Source: Blastocystis sp. subtype 4 (Eukaryota). Taken from it: a stretch of DNA of 46,461 bases. The first letter of the stretch is position 1. Each line of letters starts with the position of its first letter. The position numbers and the translations under genes were made by a program. The stretch lies in NCBI RefSeq assembly GCF_000743755.1, contig NW_014569500.1, forward strand, positions 1 to 46,461. Direction: 5' to 3'. The notes below the pieces were generated by a model. That model ran no database searches. It saw nothing but the letters and a program-made list of their open reading frames with translations, and had not been told where the DNA came from. This document shows positions 11,065-22,700 of the stretch, piece after piece.

Positions 11065-14000
11065 ATGAATCCTCTTATTCTAAATAATGTTACTGTGACT
11101 CCAGCTTACACTCATCCATCAAGTGAGACAATGGATGTGAAGGTTGCCTATACTTCTCCACAACCCACAGTACCTGCCATGTCACGTACTCTTGCCACTA
11201 TGAAAGAAATGGGAGTGGATCCAAGTAAGGTGGAGGTTGATGAGAGTCTCAAGACATACTCGTTGTCCATGACTGCTGAAGATTATGTACAACAGTACAA
11301 AAATGTCACGGATTATGCTTCGTTGACAAGTCTTCGAGAGAAGGCAAATGCAGAGGAACATATGTTGCGTCAGATGTATGCTAAGAAGGCTGCACTTCAA
11401 GAGAACCCTATTATGAAAGAGAAGTACCCACTTCTGGTTCCTGCTTTTGGAAATGATGACATCTTTTCTTGTCGCACCCTTTTCCCAGAAGAGAAGGATA
11501 TTCCAAAGGTCTTCCCTCTTGGTGAAAAGAGAAAGAATGCTGGTGTCTCTTCCATTGTGAATCGAGAGGGATTCAATACTAACTGGAGAATCTTCTCGGA
11601 AAGAATTCTAGACTTGATTGATTGGAACAATGTGTTCATTGCCGGAGGTTCAGTTCTTGCATGTGTTTTGCCTCCTCCTCCAAAGGCAACGAAGAACTAT
11701 AAGTGTCTTCGTAAATATTTCCATGAGGATGCTTATGCTGGATCAGATATTGATCTGTACATCTATGGTTTGAATGAAGAAGAAGGAAAGTAAGATAATG
11801 AAGGAATTGGTAATATCTAGAAAGAAGCTCGAGGATATCTATGAGGCTGTTTGCAACGAAATACCGTATCCTGTTATCGCTTTCCGTTCTGCTTATGCTA
11901 TTTCGATCGTTTCCCAGTTCCCTTATCGCCACATTCAGATTATCCTCCGTCTATACTCATCACCTGCTGAGATTCTGATGGGATTTGATGTGGATGCTTG
12001 CTCGATTGGCTTCGATGGTTCTCAGGTCTATATGACTCCTCGTTGCCATCAAGCTCTTGTGCGTCAGATGAATACTGTAGATATGACCCGTCGTAGTCCT
12101 ACATATGAGATGCGTCTTGCCAAGTATGCTGATCGTGGATTCGAGGTGGAGGTTCCCTCCTTGATGAGAGATCGAATTGATCCTATGATCTTTGAGAAGC
12201 CATGGGATGACGTTCGTGGACTGGCGAAATTGCTTCTGTTAGAAAAGTTGCGCACTCCAGAAGCTCGCTATGCCTACAAAGAAAGATCGACAGGTGGTCG
12301 TTCAGGGGCTTCATGGAAGATGCAACGGATGATGCAGGATCCGTATCTGAAGAAGCGTCTTGAATATAGTAATGAGAAGGCCAGTGATTACAGTACTGTA
12401 TTCTTGCCATGGGGACCTCAGTGGAATGCCAAGAAGATCCGAAAGCTGATGATGACAAAGGATATCATACTTAATAGTAGTTGGTCCGAGACGTATAATA
12501 ACCGCGGTTATCATACACATCCTTGTTTTGTTGGTACTCTTCAAGAAGTCGAAAAAGACTGCTGTGGTTGTTGCCCTGAGATTCCCAAGGATGTAGATCC
12601 TGAAACGTTAGAGTGTTTCGTGCGAGGTCCTCTCTCTTTCATTGTGGATGATCCTGGTCGTCAGACGATTGGTTCCTTCCACCCTATCACAGAGGGTGAT
12701 TGGAGTGATGGAGCATATCTGAACAAGGATAGTGAGAAGTTGAGTATTGCTGCCAATAGTGGAGATATTGAAACTATTCGTGAGATGATTAAAGGAGGTA
12801 TGCGTGTGGATACACCAGATTCTCTGGGTCGAACTGCTCTTCATATTGCTGTTTTGACGAATCAGATCGAGACAGTCAAGGTATTGCTGGAATTGGGAGC
12901 CAACCCACTACTTCATTTGAAGGATGGAAGGAATGTTGTTCATATTGCTGCTGAGTACGGTTATCTGGAACTGCTAGGAGTGTTGTTAGATCGTCTGCGT
13001 CTCAGTAAGAAGAATGCAAGTGAAGGAGAGGAAAGCAGCGACTCTTTGGATTTGGATGAAGTCAATCCAAGTACTCAGCTCTCAGCTCTTCACTATGCTA
13101 TCTTGTTCGGGCATGTGGATTGTGTGGAGTATCTGTTGGAGAATGGAGCAATGTGTGATAAGATGATTTGGTCATCTGACAAGCAGTATGCTGTTTCTGT
13201 ATTTGTATTGGCAGCTCACACAGAATGCTTCAATCCGCAGGTGGCAATTGATCTCTACAAGTTGCTTCATTCACATGGTGCCTCTTTGAAACTTCTGGGT
13301 ACTCATTACAACAATGTGATGCATATGCTATGTTCATTCAATTACATTCATTTCATGCAGTATCTCCTAGAGAACGATCCTGTTGCTGTTTCTCTATGTT
13401 CTGAACTCAATTATAACTGTACCACACCTCTGGCAATTGCTGTAGAGAGTGGATTCTATACGATGGCTCGTATGATGATTGATCATGGTGTTTCGTTTGT
13501 TGTCACTGAGTCCGCAGTGAATTCCTTGAATAACAAGTATGAATGATGTTAGGTGGTTATGTCTAGGCGTAAGAGAGATAAGAGTCAAACTCGTTATGGT
13601 TTCCATCAATATTCAGTGGAGGATATTCGTCCATTGATCATGAAAGCATTTGATGCTGGTACTGAGGCTTCTTACGAGTTTGTAACATACCTAATCGAAA
13701 AGGGAGCTGATGTGAATCAGGTCTGTAACGATCAGACACTTATGGATCTTGTTCTCTCGAAGAACTTCTATTTGACGGAGGAAGAGCAGGATACCTCTTC
13801 CTCACCTGTTATGACCAGTTATCTTGATAATCTCCTGAGTTCACAAGAAGAAGGCAGCTATAGTTATGAGGTTGTGAAGGATTATCGGGATCAGCAAGTG
13901 AATCGAAGAAAGAAGCAGAAGAAAACGATGTGGTCGAAGAAACAGAATGAGGAATCTAGAGCAGCGATCAAGAAGGTGTATGAGTTTTTGGACAGTCATG

Positions 14001-16739
14001 GAGCCATGACATGGAGAGAGATGTTTGAGATCGAAGGACCAGAGGCCATGTTAAAAAAGAGTAAGAAGTCAGGTTCAAAGCATAGAAGAGGTTTCAATCA
14101 GTGGAATCAAGATGAGCCATCTACAGAGTGTATAACAGTGAAGAATGGTAAGGTGCTGCGTGGAGAGAAACGTCTAAAGGCTTTGCGTGATGATTATCTC
14201 AAGAATCAGGATCAGAGAAATCGTATGAATATGACGAATCCTAATGTTACCAATATTCCTGGTTATTCTGTGTTTACCATGTTCAGTGCTAATACAAGTG
14301 GATGGCGATCGAATAGCCAGATTACAGGAGAGGAAGCTCAAAAGTATGTGGCATTATTCAATGCAGTGAAGAAGGGTGATTGTGAGGAAGTTCGCAGACT
14401 GTGCACACCGGACAAGGATGGCTCTTGTTGTCATGTTTTGGTTACTGGTTATCATTCTCTGTCGCCATTGGCAGTAGCAATCAATCAGGGTAATCGTCCA
14501 ATGATTACTCTCTTATTTGAATTGATGGAGATGCAATATACTCCAATCCCTGTCAATCGTACAGTAGCCACGACCTCTCGAATTAGTAATTATGCCTTAG
14601 TGACAGGTGATGATGAAGAAGAGGAGGAAACATTCGTTGATCCTAATAGTGATGCTTCAAATATCATTAACACATGTGATGTTGGAGTGGTCTTCACTGA
14701 GGAAGGTATCTTTGATATGACTGGATGTCCTTCATACCGGTCTTGTTCGTCTATGAATTCTTCTCGGGCTTATGGATTTTCTTCCTTTGGCTGTAATACA
14801 TTTGGCTATAGTTCCTACAGTAGTATTACTATGGGCACGAACTGCAGAGATGATGATTATGAGGTCAAAGAGGGACGTAAGGAGGAGAGATGTACAATCT
14901 TCGAATATCTGATTTACCGCGGGGATTTATCACTTTTGAAGGAGTGTTTCGAGCATTTGAAGAAACTTTCAGATGCAGTTATGAAGAAGGATGAAGATGC
15001 GAACTGTATTAAGAAGGATACTGTGTTTGAAAAGAACGTAATGACTTCTCTCTTCGATGTGAGAACAGGACATCACTATAATAGGAGTTCTGTCAACCTG
15101 CTCTTCCCTGCTATTATTAGTGATAATCTCGATATTCTTCGTTGTGTGATGCGGTATACAATGGGAGGTTTGGAGGTACTCCGTGATAAGGATGTTATTC
15201 CCGCGGAAAAGCCAAAGAAGGTGAATGTATGTTATAATGATGACTTCTCGGATGAAGAGTATAGTGATTGTAGCTGTGATAGTGATTTCTGTGACAGTAG
15301 TATGGAAGAAGAGGAAGAGAATGCTATGGAAGTGGAGGATCGTGAAGAGGATGAACCTGATACTGAGAATAGTGAATATGCTGATTCTGATGAAGAGGAT
15401 ATGAAAGCTATGCAACAGTTCAGAGAAGGAGGAAAGAAGACAGAAGTTAAGCGTAGAAATGTGAGTCAAGAGGAGAGGGATTCATGAATAGGAGTTTTTC
15501 CCCGTGCTTATCGCTATCCGATACAAGTCTTTGAAGTCATTCCGTTACTTCTTGGACTCGAAACGTGTGACTGAAGACTTAGAGATGTTGAAGACATTGA
15601 ATCCTCTGTTGTATTCTCGAATTGAAGGTGATCTTAAGGATATGTACTGATAAATAGAGGCTGACGGTGCAGAGAAGGTGTGGGAACGTGTATTCTCGCT
15701 CAAGTACTTCACAAAGAAGTCACGTCTGATGCTGGAGGCATCCGCAGTTGATGATAATGTGGAGATGTTCCAACTGCTCGTTAAGGAACTAGAGACCGAG
15801 AAATTGGATTTGTCTGTATTGATTCATGCATCCAAACGTTATCCTTCGTTGCTTGAGTATTGTGTGAAAAATGGTTATCTCAAAGTGGCTATCTATTTGA
15901 TGAAACATTTCACTTTCCGTAATAAGGAGATTATTTCTGCTTACAGTCTCCTCACTTCATCTCTCAATATGTCATTCAACTATGTTTGTTTTCCTTCCTT
16001 CCCTTCGAGTTCTGGTAAGAAGAAGGATCCTGTTCAGATCTATCAGATGATCATTTGCTTAATTGATCTCATTCCTCAGGATATCAAGAAGAAAGTGGTT
16101 GAAGTATTCTTGAAAGGAATACTGAATCCATCTCGTCCTGTTGTTCTTCGAGAAGTACTGGATCATATTCCTGGAGGTATTACAGAGCTGAAGGAGTATG
16201 ATGAAATTGTTGAGCAGGTAATAGAATCCAGTAACAAGGATGCTATGCAAGTGTTGATTGAGTGTCTCGGATTGCGTATGCACTTGATGGATGAGGATAG
16301 TTATGGCTACACGGTAGTGGAGCGTGTGATGAATAAGTATATGAATGCTGTTACAACCAACAAAGAAGTTCGCGTCCAGAAATCTGAAGGAGCAGCGGAG
16401 AAGGAGAAAATGGAGGAAGAGGCTCTGAATGAGGAAGCTGAGAAGGGCGAGGAGGAGGCAGCTCTCGTGGAGTTGAAACGCAAGATGAAGACTTCAAGCG
16501 GTTCCATTTCGGATATACTGGAGCTGGTGTTGAAGAATGCTAATGGATTACCACGATGCCTGACTACACCCGATGCTGTTCAGAAGCGAGTCAAGAAGGA
16601 TAGTGAAGAAGCTTCAAAGGGTAACTTTGGTCGCAGACTCTGTCTTGGGAATAAGGTTAAGTCATCTGAGTACAAGTACAAAACGAATGCTGCTATGAGC
16701 ACACTTAGTCAGATGGTACCTCCTGTGGAGCATAAGTAA
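11065..16739 (+). CDS. Very large protein: N-terminal nucleotidyltransferase-like domain, multiple ankyrin repeats, acidic tract
   Basis: Joined by introns 11790-11820, 13537-13566, 15461-15491 and ~15628-15657. FIAGGSV...SDIDLYIYG, GFDVDAC and RLAKYADRGF; ankyrin repeats GRTALHIA, GRNVVHIAA, SALHYAI, TTPLAIAV and SPLAVAI; D/E-rich tract ~15235-15400. Confidence 0.88.
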
Positions 16740-16741
16740 TA

Positions 16742-16756
16742 TGTTTGTAACAAACA
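16742..16756. terminator. Palindromic bidirectional GU-rich polyadenylation element TGTTTGT-A-ACAAACA
   Basis: Reads TGTTTGTA on + (16742-16749) and TGTTTGTT on - (16756-16749), between the convergent ankyrin and VPS13 gene ends. Confidence 0.8.
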
Positions 16757-16760
16757 GTAA

Positions 16761-19700
16761 TAGATTCTCTTGATACTCACATATTCATTCTTCAAGAAAT
16801 AGACAGTGTGCTCATTTAACTTCATTTGATCGTTCCTCACAATAGCATTCAAGAAGTCGGTCAATTCACCCATTCTCTTCTCCAATGAACTCTTTGTCTG
16901 AAGTAGTTTCATCTGTTTTCCAGGTAGTTTCAGTCTCTTTGCTTCTGAGTACAATTCCTTCAATTCATCCAGCAGATTCCTACATCTCATTCCTTCATTC
17001 ATCTCTTACTTGAACTGAGTGAAACGACGGAATACAGTCCATTGTAATCCAGCCTCCTTCGATTCTACCACTATTTCATACTCCGTGAACGTCGAACTGG
17101 CAAGGGCAACAATCTTACCAGCTTCCACTCCTTCATGATAACCCACAACTCGAGCCCTGCTAATCACTGCATGTGTGATATCTGTCGTAGCTGTCATTGT
17201 TGTAGAAGTCTTACTCACTTCTCCATTCACATCCAGACTCTCAGCCTCTGCCAGCAACCGATCTTCTGTTGTTACAGGTCGTCCAAGTACTAACAGAATT
17301 CGGACAATCAGATTCGTAACTGATTGATACTGCTTCCGAACAATTGCATTCTCCAAAGGAGGCAACACTATAGCAATTCGCTCATTCACCACCAAAGTCG
17401 GCTTTGCTCCCTTATCTGTAACAAAGCCTACTCTGCGTTGTTCCACTTGAATACGTTCCACATGCTTGTATTTCACTACTTGTGTCACGATCTTCTTCTT
17501 CACATCAACCCATATCAAACGAGAAGATCCAATTACTACACTTGTCGAGTCTGATATTATAAGATGGATCATATACTGTTCATTTGTTGGCACCTCAGCA
17601 GAACCCTTACACTCCATAAGCAATGATTGTCCATAGGCTAAATACTCATCAAATCCTGTTAGCACCTTATCCTTGAAGATGTATCGAGGAGGACGACTTC
17701 GACTCACACTCTTTTCAATCTTTGTAACGCCCTTCACACCTTCCATCAACTTGGTTGTCTGATCTACCACACCTGCCACAGGTTTCAGGACTAAGCCAGC
17801 TACACCCTTTCCAGCACCCTTCACAAATCCAAAGAAACCAGTCTCTGCTCCCTTCTTCGTATCTTTGTAAACACCCTTCACACCTTCCTTCATACCATAC
17901 CAAATACCTCCTTTTCCTGCTGCACGTCCATTCTGGTACTCTTCACTCATTGTCAATGAGGATAATCCATCACCCAACGTTCCTGTGATCTTGCTAACAG
18001 CGTTAAACAGTCCGTAAGTGGTATTCAACACAAGTGCCTTTGTTCCCTTTCCAAGACCTCCTACAAACTCTAGTGGAGACCGAACTAATCCCTGAATAGG
18101 CTCATAGAAGAAGGCTTTCACACCATTTCCAAGATTCTCCAATAGACCCACCGGATTACCAAGGAAATTGAATGAACCGAAGATTTTATAGAGCTGAGAT
18201 ACAAACTGTTTGGTATAGTGGAGAGTGATTCGTTGCTGTAAATCCTGTGCACTCATGAATAGATTCTCACTCTGATAACTATTCAGTTTGATTTGAGCGT
18301 GATCAATGTTACCAACTAGAGTTCCAGCTGTATCAATCACAGCTTGAAGTGGGATAAGAAGAGGAATTGAAGGCAGTAATGAGGATGTGAGTGGATATGC
18401 AGGATCCATCTTGTTAGTGATAGTAATGAGCAATGGTTGCAACTGGAGCATCTCTGCAAAAATTGATGTAGAATTCAAAGTGAAATCAGGAATCAGAAGT
18501 GGTCTACATATCAACTCAACAAGAGAAAACAAACGTGATGAATTCAGGATAATCATTCAATTTAGAAAGAGGAGGCTTATCTGAGAAAGATAGAAGATCA
18601 AATGGGATATCATTCAGATAGCTCAACAACTCTGTAATCACACGACTATCAGCTGAAAGTGTCATTTCCTATTGATTAACCATTCAATCTTCATTCACTT
18701 GGATCAGAAGAGAACAGTACTGAATATAGAGAACAGAAGGATGAGGAAGAATCACAGCACTGAAATGAAGCCAATTCATATTCTCCAGATCGATTGGAGA
18801 ACCAAAAAGAACTGGGTATTTTGTACCGAGAATCTGATTATCGATTTGACAACTATTCAATTTCACTTCCACAGTCTTCTTTCCATTCTCATTCAGAGTG
18901 AAAACTGTGTGGAACTTGTTCAATGACAAATACAACACTTCTGCTGGTTGACTGTTCACAATACTCACACCAATTCCTTGAATGGAAGCATTTACACTCA
19001 ATTGAACAATCTCCGAATCAACATCAAAGCTATTCCAATTTGTACTGAACGAACAACTCATTAATGGACTTAGTCGAATACAACTGTCTGCATCTATTTC
19101 ACGACTAATTGGTAAAGTGATTTGCGATAGAAGAACGTCCTCTTCTTGGTCTTTCTCCTGATATACACATAGTTGGATTGTCTGCTGGCCTACTGTAACA
19201 CCTGCGGGGAAAAGGAGTTGTTGCTCAAAGATCACTCTACTGCACTCAGACAGTGGAGGTGCTACAAACGATAGTGTCGCTTCTTCTCCCATCTCCAACT
19301 GTTCTTGTAATAACTCTAGAGATCTTGGCATTCCTTCGCCATCCATATCCACCAGAATATGACCCACTCGCACACCACAGCGTTCCGCTTGCGAATCGCT
19401 AATTAGCTGACTCACAATGATATTACTACCTTCTTGGACGAACTGACAACCAAAGTCAGTACTAGAACATGTGATTGACACTTCCTCTTGAGGATATGCA
19501 TCCTCATCAGGCATGATTGTGACAGAAACAGGAAGACGCAACATTGTAGACCCAATCTTTGCAGTGATATACACTCCCTGTAAGTTGGTGGGTTCCAAGG
19601 GGATCTGTTTGAGCTCATGTATCATCAGACAGAAGGACATATTCATCTCCAAATCATCTGTGGCCTCATCTCCATCCATTGCTGATAACTGGTCTACAGA

Positions 19701-22700
19701 CAGAGACGATACACTGATCGATCGTGAGGAGGTTGATGAATGAGTACGATACACTCCTGTGTGAGAAGCACGAGAGAGTGAACGATCACTTAGTTGACTT
19801 CGACCCAAGGTCTTCTCCACATAAACTTCATTATAAAGTCGTTGGATCACCAATTCTACCTCATTCTTCTGTTCATAGAAGAATTCCTTCATAAACCCTG
19901 CTTCTGCTATCTCTGGAGCATTCGTGTTGACAAATCGAATATTCGCTTCTCCCACAATCGTTCCCTCATCATTTACAAAAGGAACCATCAAATCGTACAT
20001 ACAATCCTTCTGAGCATAATCCATCAAACATAACTTCGCATGACCCACACTACTTCGCTGTAAATCTCCTCGTACTTCCATCTTCATTTCTATTTCCTCT
20101 TCCTCTGAACACACTTTGTACATATTCCAATAGTTCATTTTTCCTCGATTCATTCCTGTCTCGTACCAATTGGATCCAACCTTGAATTCTATTTTGGCTT
20201 TCATTACACGACCATTCTGCAGATCTGTATTAACTCCATACATCAACTTCAAATATGTTGCACGTGCTGATGGAGGAATACCCGAGCCAGATGCCTCCTG
20301 TTCTTCAGTATACTGACGAATGTGTTCTACTTGCTCATTAATATTCCTATCCAGATGAGCACTCATCTCCAATAAGTCACGACGACGCTGAAGCAGATAA
20401 TGTAGCTGAGTGTGTTTCTGATCTTTCTTCATCAGCGTAAATAGTGGCTTATTTGGCACTTCCTCAAACAGAATCACTTTCATTGATTTTTGCATCTCCA
20501 TTCGCACATTTACGGTACGGTCAGGATTCTTCAGTCGCATCACACCAAGTTTACCAGGCTTGCTCACATCCACCGTAAGCTGCACAGTATACGAAGCCTT
20601 CTCAATGGGAGCATCGAGAGCATGAGTATATATGCGGAGGACTTGATCTTCATTCACAAGTGGTAGTGTGTAGAGACGAGATGTAAGAGGAGGCAGAGTA
20701 AGTGCAGTATCATATGGAGCCTTCTCTTGAATCACTGTAATCATATCCAAAGCTGTGTTATTGGTAAGACAGAAGGGCAGATATGTAGCATCCATCTTCT
20801 TCACAAATACATAACACTGACTATCCACACACGAAATATCCACCTGAATTACACTCCATTCCTTTTCTACTGGATCCTCCAGATTCAATCGCGGTCGAGG
20901 AGTTCGTATCGATTCGACACGATGTTTTAATTGTAATGATTGATGACTTGGAACCAATTCTACTCCTTCAGACCAATCATATTCCTTTTCTTCTAGGAAT
21001 AGTTGGACCTGATGTCGAGCACTCTGACTACTCCAGTGGAAAGCCTGATATCCTCCTTCTTGAAGTGTCATCTTCTCTTCACATCCTAACTGACGTAAGG
21101 AAATCTTAGTACCTGTCTGATTCATCACGATGTACGTTGGTGTGATAGTGAGTACAAGTGATCGAGCAAATATACCTGGAGCACGTGAAATTGTCACTGA
21201 ATATACACGCTCCGAATTACGACGATTCTTACTTGTCACTGTTACTGTGCCTGAAACTCCCAAAGTATTGATGGAAAACGAATCACTAAACATGTCATAT
21301 CCAGGAAGAGATAATCGAGCAGTTTCATTCTTTTCCTTCTTTCGCACACTGAACAAAGTGGGCATCAACAGTTCTTCCTTTGCACATACTGTCTCAGAGA
21401 GATTCTTCAGTGTGAGTGGATGAGAAGGAACATTGACAGTAAACTCCTTATTTCGTCCATCCTGAATACTAGGAGTTAATGATATCTCAATTCCTTACAT
21501 CAATGGATCTCCTGTCTTATTCATAATCCAGTAATCACAGAATAATTGAATGAAGATGGAATGATGTGAAGATCGATTCACAATATACTGAAGAGTCAGT
21601 TTCAATTGTTTGAACTTATTCAGTAGATGAATCGAACCTCCATCTTTCATCATTATCTATACCTCAAATCCTTTAATCATTGATACATCCATTGCATCAG
21701 CAAACATAGGGAAAGGAAGATCCGAATCCTTCACACGTACACTCACACGATACACTTCTTCTTTGCTGAATTGACACTTGCTTAAGGCAATCACATCTCC
21801 TTCTTTCACCCATCCCTCTTCCACACACTGCTCCAATCGATTCACCACTCGATACTCCAATGGCATTGGTAAGAGATTCTCCAAATGAACCATATCCGTA
21901 AGAACAAGCACATAGGTTGAGAGGAACTCATCAGGATCAGACACACAAGGGAGAGATCGTTTCTCTACAGTCAGATTCACATACTGAGGCTGTTCTGTCG
22001 TACCCAGATTCACTTTAGTATGTGCACCATCTGCATAGAGTTCTCTGAGTGATATGCAACGAGCAAGTTCCGAAGAACCACTCAAGAAGAGAGCACATTC
22101 ATTCACTTCATCCACTTTGGCCCATCTCTTCTCACCACGACGTAACTCCTCATTAGTCACTTCAGCATAAGCAATCTCTGACTCATCCACTTCTCGACCA
22201 AATCCACACCATACATCACATTCACATTCATTCACAACACATACTTGACTGGCAATACTTAGAATCTTGCGTCCTCTCTCAACCACAGCTTCTACCACAA
22301 TGTTTCGATCAGGTACACAAATACCGCGCAATGGTACATAAGCAGCAGTAACTCGATCTACCTGGAAGTCAAAAGGAGGGTATTCATCAATCATGATCTC
22401 AAGTACACGAGGTTGCAATTTCTTATAGGGCTGCTTGAGGAATCGGAGACTTAGAGAAGGGTGAGCTGGGAGTGATGTGACAAGAACAGACGATGAATGA
22501 ACCATTGACACAGGACGCGAGAGAACAGTATTAGAATCAGCTATGACTACAGGTTCTTGAGCTATCTGCCAAGCCTGTCTCCATTTACTCACTTCATCCT
22601 TATTCTCCAAGAAGACACTCACAATTCCCTTTTCTAAGAATTGATTGGTGAACTGGCATACTTCACAGAACACACCTTCTACCTCTCTCAATTCACAGGA

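Noticed and set aside
14969..15469. Long antisense ORFs (also 24808-25380, 28063-28590, 37081-37578)
   Set aside because: Shadows of codon bias or low-complexity tracts in well-supported genes on the other strand; no motifs.
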